A DNA stretch of 64,000 nt from Candidatus Daviesbacteria bacterium (GTDB lineage: Bacteria > Patescibacteriota > Microgenomatia > Daviesbacterales > UBA10151): contig JACPKP010000004.1 in assembly GCA_016186955.1 (NCBI GenBank), positions 142,563 through 206,562 of the forward strand, written 5' to 3'. This document shows, in pieces, positions 7,847 to 16,748 of the stretch. The notes beneath the pieces were generated by a model. It searched no databases, was not told where the DNA came from, and saw nothing but the letters and a program-made list of their open reading frames with translations. A program made the position numbers and the translations under genes. Positions within the stretch are counted from its first letter, which is position 1, and the number at the start of each line of letters is the position of its first letter.

Positions 7847-9571
7847 ATGATATTACTAGTTGCATTTGCATTTTTAGCCGGGGTTATAACAGTGCTCTCA
7901 CCGTGCATTCTACCAATACTACCAATTATTCTTACCTCAAGTATTGGCGGCCAAAATATTGGAAAGTCACGCCCCATGGGTGTGGTAATCGGGTTTGTCT
8001 TAAGCTTTACGTTTTTTACTCTTTTTCTCTCAACTATTGTCCGATTGAGCGGTATCTCAGCCGATACTCTGAGACTGGTTTCAGTATTTGTTATAGCAGG
8101 TTTTGGGGTATCGCTTCTAATCCCTAAGTTTCAGGTACTCGTTGAGAGGTTGTTTTCGAGGCTGGCAGGATTCATGCCAAGTAGCCAAAACAGAACGGGT
8201 TTTAGCGGTGGTTTACTGATAGGCCTTTCTGTAGGACTTCTCTGGACACCGTGTGTTGGCCCTATCCTTGCATCAGTCATTTCATTGGCTATTACCGGCT
8301 CTGTCACTTTTGATGCATTTCTCATTACTCTTTCTTACTCCCTAGGTACTGCAATTCCTATGTTCCTTATTATGTTGGGTGGACAAAATGCACTCAGTCG
8401 TGTTCCATGGCTTTTGGCAAATCTCGGTAACATTCAGAAACTATTTGGAGTCTTGATGATTCTTACAGCAATCGGAATATTTTTTAATATTGACCGGAAA
8501 TTTCAAACATTTGTCTTAACCACCTTTCCCCAGTATGGAGCAGGTCTGACGAAATTTGAAGATAATGAATTAATTAAAAATCAGCTTCAAAAAAAGAGTG
8601 GGACAGAGGTAAAAAAGGAAGATATGGGAAAACCCATGTTTGATTTGAATCAACCAAAAGGTCCGAAAGCGCCGGAAATTATTCCAGGGGGAGTATGGTT
8701 TAACCTGCCTGCCGGCAAGACAGGTAGCGATCCGCTCACGCTCGCAGAACTAAAAGGAAAAGTAGTGATTATTGATTTTTGGACCTACTCCTGTATCAAC
8801 TGTCAGAGAACCATGCCGTATCTGAAAAAATGGTGGGAAACATACAAAGATAAGGGGTTAGTAATTATCGGTGTTCATTCTCCTGAGTTTGAATTTGAGA
8901 AAAGCGGGAAGAATCTTGCGAAAGCGATCAAAGATTTTAAACTTCCATACCCTATCGTCCAAGACAACAATTTTGATACTTGGAAAGCGTATAACAATCG
9001 CTTCTGGCCAGCCAAATACATCATTGATAAAGAAGGATTTATTCGTTATACGCATTTTGGTGAGGGCGCTTATGATGAAACTGAGAAAGTTATCCAGGAT
9101 TTACTCAAAGAAATCGGAGCTAAGGATGTTTCATCTAAGATAAACAATCCAACATATCAGGTGCAAACGAAAACTCCGGAAATATACTTGGGGTATGGAC
9201 GCATTGATAACTTTGTATCACCTGAAAATATCAAAAAAGATACTCTGGGAACATACACGACACCTGTAAACCTTGGGAATAATCAGTTTGCATATACGGG
9301 CGCTTGGAATATCATGGAAGAATATGCTAATCCGCAAAAGGGGGCGAAGTTGGTTCTTGATTTTGAGTCAAAGGAAGTATTTCTGGTAATGCGCAGTAAA
9401 AACACTCCCGCGGCAGTTAAGGTCTATCTCGATGATAAATTGCAGGACTCCATCACTATTGATGCCGACAGACTATATAAACTTATTAACTTGCAAACAC
9501 CTGGTCGGCATATATTGCGTTTAGAATTTGAGGATAATAATATAGAACTTTATGCTTTTACCTTTGGATGA
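7847..9571 (+). CDS. dipZ: DipZ-like protein (CcdA membrane domain plus TlpA-like thioredoxin)
   Basis: SPCILPILP and WTPCVGP (CcdA); IDFWTYSCINC...GVHSPEF...YNNRFWPA. Confidence 0.88.
   Translation: MILLVAFAFLAGVITVLSPCILPILPIILTSSIGGQNIGKSRPMGVVIGFVLSFTFFTLFLSTIVRLSGISADTLRLVSVFVIAGFGVSLLIPKFQVLVERLFSRLAGFMPSSQNRTGFSGGLLIGLSVGLLWTPCVGPILASVISLAITGSVTFDAFLITLSYSLGTAIPMFLIMLGGQNALSRVPWLLANLGNIQKLFGVLMILTAIGIFFNIDRKFQTFVLTTFPQYGAGLTKFEDNELIKNQLQKKSGTEVKKEDMGKPMFDLNQPKGPKAPEIIPGGVWFNLPAGKTGSDPLTLAELKGKVVIIDFWTYSCINCQRTMPYLKKWWETYKDKGLVIIGVHSPEFEFEKSGKNLAKAIKDFKLPYPIVQDNNFDTWKAYNNRFWPAKYIIDKEGFIRYTHFGEGAYDETEKVIQDLLKEIGAKDVSSKINNPTYQVQTKTPEIYLGYGRIDNFVSPENIKKDTLGTYTTPVNLGNNQFAYTGAWNIMEEYANPQKGAKLVLDFESKEVFLVMRSKNTPAAVKVYLDDKLQDSITIDADRLYKLINLQTPGRHILRLEFEDNNIELYAFTFG
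8704..8724. repeat. CCTG-family palindrome, 21 bp, in frame inside dipZ
   Basis: CCTGCCTGCCGGCAAGACAGG adds LPAGKTG inside WFN|SDPL. Confidence 0.8.
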
Positions 9572-9577
9572 ATTGCT

Positions 9578-9934
9578 ATGAATAAATTAACAGATGAGGA
9601 AAAAAGGATAATAATTGATAAGGGGACAGAAGCGCCTTTTACAGGCGTTTATGTCAATAATAAAGATACTGGTATTTACGTATGTAAACAGTGTGGAAAC
9701 CCCCTATATAACTCCAAGGATAAATTTGAATCATCTTGCGGATGGCCAAGTTTTGATGATGAAATTACGGGTGCGGTAAAAAAGACTGTGGATGCGGATG
9801 GAATACGTACTGAAATAACTTGCATGAAGTGCGGAGGACATTTAGGGCACTTATTTACTGGCGAAAGATTAACGACAAAAAACCTTCGTCATTGTGTGAA
9901 TTCAATATCAATGAAGTTTATCCCTGGAAAATAA
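9578..9934 (+). CDS. msrB: Methionine-R-sulfoxide reductase
   Basis: GTEAPF, CxxC x2, GWPSF, GHLGH, RHCVNS. Confidence 0.95.
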   Translation: MNKLTDEEKRIIIDKGTEAPFTGVYVNNKDTGIYVCKQCGNPLYNSKDKFESSCGWPSFDDEITGAVKKTVDADGIRTEITCMKCGGHLGHLFTGERLTTKNLRHCVNSISMKFIPGK

Positions 9935-10027
9935 TTTTAACCCAACAACTTTAAACAAACAAGGCAATGGCCAGGGGTTGGGATTACATGATATGTTATC
10001 CATGTTCAGCAGCTAGGCACAAAAGCA

Positions 10028-10105
10028 AAAGAGGAGGTGGGAAGCCCTGCCTGTCCTGACTGCCGTCAGGCAGGACGGCAGGCAGGTAATCCACCTGGAG
10101 GGTGT
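10028..10105 (+). repeat. 78-bp direct repeat, copy 1 (nested CCTG palindromes at 10046-10086)
   Basis: Identical to 13276-13353 except one base. Confidence 0.95.
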
Positions 10106-10446
10106 ACAAGCTACCGAGATTGTCCCTAACGGCCGCAAAAAGACTCTTCAGGCAATCATCAGAGGCAAGATTGATACAGAGGCAGTAGTCCATACTGATA
10201 AATGGAAAGGCTATGATGGGTTAGTTGATGTGGGATATGACAAACACAAGAGGATTAACCATTCCAAAACATTTTCCTATGGAAATGGAATCCACATTAA
10301 CGGTATTGAGAACTTTTGGAGTTTTACTAAAGGTAGACTTGCTAAATTTAGAGGAGTTAAGGTAAACTTTGAATATCACCTAAAGGAATGTGAATGGAGA
10401 TACAAGAAAACCAAACAACAACTTTACAAGGAGCTCATAGTTTTAC

Positions 10447-10560
10447 TGTCATTTCAGAAAGCCCCAGCTTTTTAAAGCTGGGGATGAATGAAATTATGGA
10501 TTCCCGTCTTCGCGGGAATGACAGGAAGATGCACCGCTTTTTAAAGCGGTGTAGATTCAC
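10447..10560 (+). mobile_element. Non-autonomous IS200/IS605-type element (PATE/MITE) carrying a 27-bp REP
   Basis: Inserted 3' of TTAC without a duplication; two subterminal hairpins; ends TTCAC. Removal restores the transposase tail LLKGFNKSLIS-stop. Confidence 0.85.
10497..10523 (-). repeat. YGTCAT-tagged 27-bp REP
   Basis: Reverse complement is TGTCATTCCCGCGAAGACGGGAATCCA. Confidence 0.85.
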
Positions 10561-10610
10561 TAAAAGGATTTAACAAATCGTTAATCTCCTAGTCTAGTAC
10601 CTAAAAAATT

Positions 10611-11345
10611 ATGACCAAGGAAGAATTAGAGCACATATTAAAAAATCATGACATTGTCAAACCCAAGCTTGAGATTTTGCGATTAGCTGAGGAAATTAAT
10701 CCAGAGTTTAAAAATCCACATATTGTAGGTGGTTTTTTAAGGAATATTATTTTAGATGCTTTCCCAAGAGATTGTGATGTAATATTTCAAGGACACCAAC
10801 TTAATCAACCCGGAATCCTAGAAGCAGTTCAGGAGGCAGAAAAAAGATTAGGAATTGAGCCTTACCCAGACTGGGAATTTGAAAATACTACTGCAACCGG
10901 ACGTTCAGGAGATATTTACGAAGATAATGTCGGTAAGTATACTCACCATACTGACTATTTAACAATGCTTATAATGGACACTAAGGGAAACCTCCATATT
11001 GGCGGAGAAAAAACCTTACACGACCTAGAACACAGAATTTATGATTTACATTTTCCAGGAGTCTATATTTGGGCTACTCACAGAGGAGGTGGCCGAAGTT
11101 TCTTTAGTTGCTTGTCAGGAGATTTAATTAGAGCTTATTATCTAAGTCATGTATTAAAACTGACTCCTTCTGCTACTTCTGCCTTTTTGATGGGTGAATT
11201 TGATAATATTTTTAACAATCTTAATCCTGGGGACCAACAAGCTAGATTAGACTTTTGGTTTAAAAAGACTCATGGTGATCCAGCCTACCAACCTATCTTA
11301 GATAAATACGGAGTCACAGTCTTGAAAATTAAATTAGCTGATTAG
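10611..11345 (+). CDS. Nucleotidyltransferase-like protein (CCA/poly(A) polymerase head-like)
   Basis: IVGGFLRNIIL...PRDCDVIF (GG-R-DxD). Confidence 0.65.
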   Translation: MTKEELEHILKNHDIVKPKLEILRLAEEINPEFKNPHIVGGFLRNIILDAFPRDCDVIFQGHQLNQPGILEAVQEAEKRLGIEPYPDWEFENTTATGRSGDIYEDNVGKYTHHTDYLTMLIMDTKGNLHIGGEKTLHDLEHRIYDLHFPGVYIWATHRGGGRSFFSCLSGDLIRAYYLSHVLKLTPSATSAFLMGEFDNIFNNLNPGDQQARLDFWFKKTHGDPAYQPILDKYGVTVLKIKLAD

Positions 11346-11373
11346 AAATAGTAAAAAGTGCTATAATAGGTGC

Positions 11374-11646
11374 ATGACCAGCGTTCAATTAGTAGATAAA
11401 AACAAAGGTCTTTCATGCGTTTAGAAATTTTAAGAAACGCTATTTAAACATAGGTAAAAAACCAAATGTAAAAAATCTTCTTCCTGAAGATGTCTATCAT
11501 AATATGCGTCTGGAAGGGGAAAAAATCTCTCGTAAACAAGCTTGAGCTCTTTTTAGATGAGTAAATCCACTAAACCTAAATCAGCGACTAGCTTCAAAGA
11601 AACTGCTTTTGGAATTTTACCACAACACATTGCGGTAATGGGATAA
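11374..11646 (+). pseudogene. Decayed antitoxin plus Fic-toxin N-terminal stub (putative)
   Basis: Broken ORF with YHNMRLEGEKISRKQA (Fic-antitoxin-like xxRLEG) overlapping ATG 11557, MSKSTKPKSATSFKETAFGILP, which stops at 11646. Confidence 0.45.
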
Positions 11647-11723
11647 AAAAGGGATACTCAAAGCAGTGCGCTTTGGGCAACGCCGGGACAGGTGTTACCG
11701 AAAAGAGGATATACCTAAGTTGA

Positions 11724-12347
11724 TTGGTAAAAAACGATATGAATAATTTACCTGCTGGAATTGTTCTTTCAATAAAACCAAAGGAATATCTTGTACAAGG
11801 CTCTAGTCATTGCGGGGCTTATTCAGTAAAAGGCATATTAAGCGCATTTGGCAAAGATTATAAAGGACACCCAAAGGAATACCATCCAATCTTGTTAGGT
11901 AGGTTGACCGGAGGAACATTTGGGAGAAACTATTGGGTAAATGTCTTAAAACATCATGGCATCGATGCGGAATTTCAAACAGCCAAAAAATTATCTCCTG
12001 TTGAAAAAATTAATCTTCTGAAAAATCTTCTTGCAAAAAATACTCCCGTAATGATCCGCATAGGAAACGGTTATTTTAGAAGTAATACCTATAATCCAAT
12101 TTTAGGAAAAATTGTACCTCACTGGATAACGTTTTGGGGTTATGATGATAAAGAAAAAGTATTTTATGTTTATGATTCTGGATTGACCAAAAACCTTTAT
12201 GATAGAAATGTTCCAATAGGAAATACTAAAAGGACTTATGATGAGATTTTAAAAGATTGGAATTTTGGTGCATGGCAAGCTTGGACTTGGCATACTTCAC
12301 CACAAACCTATGCCTACATTAAAATAAATTCGGATAAAATTATATAA
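11724..12347 (+). CDS. C39-like (papain-fold) cysteine peptidase
   Basis: QGSSHCGAYS...HWITFWGYD...VYDS (Q-C-H-D). Confidence 0.78.
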   Translation: MVKNDMNNLPAGIVLSIKPKEYLVQGSSHCGAYSVKGILSAFGKDYKGHPKEYHPILLGRLTGGTFGRNYWVNVLKHHGIDAEFQTAKKLSPVEKINLLKNLLAKNTPVMIRIGNGYFRSNTYNPILGKIVPHWITFWGYDDKEKVFYVYDSGLTKNLYDRNVPIGNTKRTYDEILKDWNFGAWQAWTWHTSPQTYAYIKINSDKII

Positions 12348-12349
12348 CT

Positions 12350-12736
12350 TTGGATAAACTAAAACATATTTTTCTTCTGTCATTGTTACTTATCTACGCT
12401 CACGGTGTTGAAGAAATTATAAATGGTTTTCAATATTCAGATTCATTTATGGTTTACGGTGCAAATTTGTTTAATACAACACCAGAAATTTTTTACTGGA
12501 TTTCTCATCTAATATGGTGGTTTTCCTTACCCTTACTATTTTTGGTATTCAATAAAAGTCGCTTAGGTTTATTCCTAATGACTTTATATGGTTTTGTGTT
12601 TTTTATTGAAATACACCACTCGATTAAAGGGTTTTTAGCCGGTCGCTATTATCCCGGCATGGTTACAGCGATGCTTTACCCAATTTTTGGGATTTTTTAT
12701 TGGAGGCAGCTTTTTAGCTTGAAATATTCAACTTAA
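12350..12736 (+). CDS. HXXEE-domain membrane protein
   Basis: HGVEE and YYPGMVTA; four hydrophobic segments. Confidence 0.78.
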   Translation: MDKLKHIFLLSLLLIYAHGVEEIINGFQYSDSFMVYGANLFNTTPEIFYWISHLIWWFSLPLLFLVFNKSRLGLFLMTLYGFVFFIEIHHSIKGFLAGRYYPGMVTAMLYPIFGIFYWRQLFSLKYST

Positions 12737-12753
12737 GTAAATATAATATCTCA

Positions 12754-13162
12754 ATGATTGAGAAAGAAAAATTTTCAACAAGCCAAACCTTAAGCCTACC
12801 AAGTATTCGGAAGACTCCTTTGACTAATGAAGATTCATTGGTTGTTAGTGGAAATATTGCCGTATTAACAGATGGAATGGGTGGGTCTCGTAATACGCGA
12901 ATGGCAAGTCGTTATGTTTCCGGTATGATTCTTGTTAAACATGAAAAATATGTTTAATGTTCAAACAGGAACCATTATGCTGCAAAAAAATGACAAATTA
13001 ATATTAACTTCAGACGGGGTGACTGATAATTTAACATCCGATGAGATTCTCAAAAATAGCAAAGATGCCATGACTATTGCACTGGCAGCGCATACCAGAT
13101 CTAAGACCCAGAGCTTCCGTTCCACTCCCGATGATGTAACAGTATTTTTGGGGGTTATTTAA
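12754..13162 (+). pseudogene. PP2C-family Ser/Thr phosphatase fragments (internal deletion/frameshift)
   Basis: NEDS and TDGMGG in 12754-12957; LTSDGVTD and DDVT in 12932-13162. Confidence 0.78.
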
Positions 13163-13275
13163 ACTTAGTGTTGTAGAATATCTTCAAGGGTCTTCTATTT
13201 GATTCCTAGCTAACATATTTAAAAATGTTAACACAAATCAAACCAACTTTGGGAATTTAATATTTTTTATCCAAC

Positions 13276-13353
13276 AAAGAGGAGGTGGGAAGCCCTGCCT
13301 GTCCTGACTGCCGTCAGGCAGGACGGCAGGCAGGTAATCCATCTGGAGGGTGT
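13276..13353 (+). repeat. 78-bp direct repeat, copy 2
   Basis: See 10028-10105. Confidence 0.95.
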
Positions 13354-13378
13354 CAATCTGGTTTTCTATAATACCCTC

Positions 13379-13484
13379 ATGATTTACAAAGTTTACATCC
13401 TTAGAACTCCCTCAAATAATCTGTACATTGGTCAAACCAATGATCTAGAAAGAAGCACTTATTAAAGGAGACTTCGATACTTAA
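13379..13484 (+). pseudogene. GIY-YIG nuclease remnant with internal deletion
   Basis: MIYKVYILRTPSNNLYIGQTNDLER, then KEALIKGDFD (typical C-terminus) in another frame; TATAAT 6 nt before ATG. Confidence 0.8.
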
Positions 13485-13527
13485 AAGAGATTGAATCTGG
13501 TAAAATAATACAGTAATAAAAACAACT

Positions 13528-14676
13528 ATGAAAATTCTGACTAATACCCAATCTGTCCAGATAGGTGGAATCACGCAATATAATGCATTATTCCAACAGT
13601 TCCTGGAGAAAAATAACAAAGAAGATACGCACATGATAGGTGTAGATGTTATAAGAAAATATTCTCTACACGAGGAATTATTGTATGGACGACATACAGA
13701 TGGGCAAGTTACTATTATTACCCAGGAAGTTTCCATACGAAGGATACAGGACGTTTTACCAATTATTAAATCAGTAAGAGATATAGAAGATGAGTATCAA
13801 AATATTATTGAGATATTTAAAAAAATAATCAAAGCAGAAAAACCTGATTTAATAGTTATTAATGGGACTTATTTTATCCCCTGGTGTCTATATTTAGCAA
13901 CAAAATCATTTAGTATTCCAATTATTCTCCATTATCACGGAATAATAACTAAAGAAACTGAGACTTGGAACTTGCATTCTCACTCGCTTATGAAGCAGAT
14001 GGAGCAGACCTTTGATAATAGTAGATTATACTATATCTTCCCTTCAAATTTAGCAAAAGAGGTGGTGGAAAATGAGGTATTTGGACACCAAATTCACCAG
14101 AGTGCTATTTTACCTAATCCAATACCAGCTAATTTTTTTGATGTCAATATTCTTGGTGGCACAAGAAATGTTGGAATTGTAGCCAGGTGGACAGACATTA
14201 AAAATACTGATTTTATAAAAAAGTTTGCAGAGCTAAATCAAAAAAATCATAATTTTTTTAAAATAAATATGGTAACGGATATTGATCAAATCCCAAATAA
14301 AGATATAGGGATTTCAAAGATAATTAATTTACATCATCCAATGTCTGCTTATAAATTAGGGGAGTTTTATGGAATTATGGGAACAATTATTTGCCCCTCT
14401 ACTTTTGAGACCTATGGGAATGTTCCGCAAGAGGCAATTGCTACTAGAACACCTGTTTTAATAGGTTCAAGTATGGGAATTGCCGAGGTATTTCGCCGGA
14501 TGGGTTTAGGCTATTTGATAACCGATTTTACTTTTGTAGAAGATGTGTTTGAAAAAGTTAAGGAAGTAGCTAAACTAGGAATAAGTGATAAAATGCGTAG
14601 AAGATTTAAAAAAACACTGTCTCCAGATCATGTATATCCTCAGTTACTGAATATATACAAATCAGCTACTAGATAA
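13528..14676 (+). CDS. Glycosyltransferase family 4
   Basis: GG near N-terminus; CPSTFETYGNVPQEA (Ex7E). Confidence 0.85.
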   Translation: MKILTNTQSVQIGGITQYNALFQQFLEKNNKEDTHMIGVDVIRKYSLHEELLYGRHTDGQVTIITQEVSIRRIQDVLPIIKSVRDIEDEYQNIIEIFKKIIKAEKPDLIVINGTYFIPWCLYLATKSFSIPIILHYHGIITKETETWNLHSHSLMKQMEQTFDNSRLYYIFPSNLAKEVVENEVFGHQIHQSAILPNPIPANFFDVNILGGTRNVGIVARWTDIKNTDFIKKFAELNQKNHNFFKINMVTDIDQIPNKDIGISKIINLHHPMSAYKLGEFYGIMGTIICPSTFETYGNVPQEAIATRTPVLIGSSMGIAEVFRRMGLGYLITDFTFVEDVFEKVKEVAKLGISDKMRRRFKKTLSPDHVYPQLLNIYKSATR

Positions 14677-14677
14677 A

Positions 14678-15847
14678 ATGAGAGAAATTGTACCTGGAAA
14701 AATTAATATCGGTATTGTATGTTCTTCTTCAATTGGAGGTAGCGGAGTTGTTGGGTCAGATCTTGCGAAGTATTTATCTAAAAACAATAAATACAAAATA
14801 GTTTATATAGGTTTTGACCTCCCCCTTCGTTTAAGTAGAAGTGATATTTTCTTCCATACAGTAAAAGCGGTTGAACATGCTCTATTTACTAATCCTTTAA
14901 GAGAAACGGCCTTAGTAGAAGGTATTATTGAAGCAGTAATTGAGCACAAACTTGATATAATCCATGCACATTTTGCTATTCCATTTGCCTATTGCGCTCT
15001 ACAAGCCCGAGAAATATTGAAAAGGATGGGCATAAATATAAAAGTGGTGACAACCTTGCATGGAACTGATGTTTTGACTTTAGGGCGTGAAGTTCCTGGA
15101 ACCATGAAATATGTACTAGAGCAAAGTAACGCTGTCACAGCCGTCTCCGTAGATTTAGCTGAAAAAGCGAAAAGGATTTACCATACACAGAAAAACATCA
15201 GAGTAATTTATAATTTCATTGACTTAAACCGTAACCTGAAACATAAGGCTAATTTACTTGGTAGTACAAATATCCCCAAAACAGATAAAAAGATTTTTAT
15301 CCATATCTCTAATTTCAGACCTATTAAAAAAGTTAACGATACTCTGAAAGTGTTTGCAAAGGTTAATAAACAGATCCCCTCTGTTTTGCTCCTAATAGGA
15401 GAAGGTCCAGAATTTGAAATAGCTAAGAAACTTTGTAAATCAGTGGACAAAAGTCAATCCATTCACTTTATGGGCATAGTAAAAAATCCTTACAAATATC
15501 TTCAAATAGCGGATGGATTAATTGTTACCTCCGAATATGAGAGTTTTTGTCTGGTCGGCTTAGAAGCAATGTCCTTTGGAGTTCCAGTGTTTAGTACCAA
15601 AGTAGGGGGTATTCCTGAGGTAGTAAAGCACGGGAAATCTGGATATCTTGCAAAATATGGTGATATAGAAGCTTTATCACAGTATATTATTAGACATTTT
15701 TCCTACAGCAATAAGGCCCTTTTGATAAAAGAACAAGCGCAAGAATTATCCAAAAATTTTGCAGCAGAAAATATTATCCCTCAATATGAGCAAATCTATC
15801 GACAGCTATACCTTTCCAAAAACCAAATTACCACTACTATGAGTTGA
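14678..15847 (+). CDS. bshA: BshA-like GT4 (GlcNAc-malate synthase family)
   Basis: GGSGVV, HAHFAIP, TTLHGTD, HISNFRPIK, ESFCLVGLEAM. Confidence 0.75.
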   Translation: MREIVPGKINIGIVCSSSIGGSGVVGSDLAKYLSKNNKYKIVYIGFDLPLRLSRSDIFFHTVKAVEHALFTNPLRETALVEGIIEAVIEHKLDIIHAHFAIPFAYCALQAREILKRMGINIKVVTTLHGTDVLTLGREVPGTMKYVLEQSNAVTAVSVDLAEKAKRIYHTQKNIRVIYNFIDLNRNLKHKANLLGSTNIPKTDKKIFIHISNFRPIKKVNDTLKVFAKVNKQIPSVLLLIGEGPEFEIAKKLCKSVDKSQSIHFMGIVKNPYKYLQIADGLIVTSEYESFCLVGLEAMSFGVPVFSTKVGGIPEVVKHGKSGYLAKYGDIEALSQYIIRHFSYSNKALLIKEQAQELSKNFAAENIIPQYEQIYRQLYLSKNQITTTMS

Positions 15848-15928
15848 TGTAGTATGCTGTATATGTGCTTGATCCTGTCCAGTTAACAACTGAGGAGTTT
15901 GATTTACTGCTTGCTCATAAAAAGAGTT

Positions 15929-16012
15929 CACTTGATTAACTTACCAGCTTATGCACCTGACCATAATCCACAGGAACATGTCTGGAAATATGGAAAGGAT
16001 AAAATTGCTAAT
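15929..16012 (+). mobile_element. IS630-family transposase fragment
   Basis: Unannotated frame reads HLINLPAYAPDHNPQEHVWKYGKDKIAN (LPxYxPDxNPxE motif). Confidence 0.78.
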
Positions 16013-16025
16013 ACACAATGTGCAC

Positions 16026-16054
16026 TTGACAGGATGTACAGAATTTTGTAATAT
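16026..16054 (+). promoter_or_regulatory. TA operon promoter with TGTACA operator
   Basis: TTGACA-17-TAATAT, ATG 6 nt later; TGTACA at 16035-16040 resembles YefM-type operator cores. Confidence 0.65.
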
Positions 16055-16060
16055 TGATGA

Positions 16061-16336
16061 ATGATTAAAACATTACCTATTACCAAAGCAAGAGAAGAAT
16101 TGACCAGTCTGGTTAATAAAGCCAACAAATTATTAGATGAATATATAATTACTGTAAATGGTTCTCCTGCAGCTGTTTTAATGTCTGCTGCAGAATATGA
16201 ATCCTGGAAAGAAACAACTGAAATTCTCGCTGATACACAATTGATGAAAGCAGTCAAAGAAGGCGAGGAGGATTTCAAAAAGGGAAAATTTGTTACATTT
16301 GATAAACTGAAAAAAGAGCTCAAGTTAAATGTTTAA
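16061..16336 (+). CDS. Phd/YefM antitoxin
   Basis: ITVNGSPAAVLMSAAEYESWKET. Confidence 0.92.
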   Translation: MIKTLPITKAREELTSLVNKANKLLDEYIITVNGSPAAVLMSAAEYESWKETTEILADTQLMKAVKEGEEDFKKGKFVTFDKLKKELKLNV

Positions 16337-16580
16337 ATTATTGGTTTCCGTCAGAGCTCAAAAAAGAATCAAACTGCTTAAAACATCCCATCAGGAGGCT
16401 ATTTTATCCACTCTGCAGGAAATAAAAGAAGATCCTCTTATTGGCAAGTCCCTAACAAGGGAATTAAAAGGGCGATTTTCATACAGAGTTGGTATTTATA
16501 GGATAATCTATCGTGTTAATCAGCAGGATAAAACCATCCGCGTGTTAAATGCTGGACACCGGGCTACTATTTACAACTAG
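16329..16580 (+). CDS. RelE/ParE family toxin
   Basis: Overlaps antitoxin; GKSL...YRVGIYRIIYRV. Confidence 0.92.
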   Translation: MFKLLVSVRAQKRIKLLKTSHQEAILSTLQEIKEDPLIGKSLTRELKGRFSYRVGIYRIIYRVNQQDKTIRVLNAGHRATIYN

Positions 16581-16748
16581 CTACCCTTCTCATTGAAGTC
16601 TGTAGAAAACCGTGAGCTTTGACTTTAAATACCCAAATAACCCACACTATTACCTTCCATCCAACCTATATTTATGCAGGGTTTCAGGCAGTTTTTACCC
16701 TTGCCAAAATCAAAATTAATGCTTGTTGTTTTGGTAGAATAGTTAGGA

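Larger units (their letters stand above)
10113..10601 (+). mobile_element. IS1595-family remnant (3' part of transposase plus right end)
   Basis: TEIVPN...VHTDKWKGYDGL...INH...HINGIENFWS...HLKECEWR; terminal CTAGTCTAGTACC at 10589-10601; 5' part missing. Confidence 0.85.

Noticed and set aside
10028-10105. Integron attC site
   Set aside because: No RYYYAAC/GTTRRRY boxes, no integrase, and only two copies spanning several genes.
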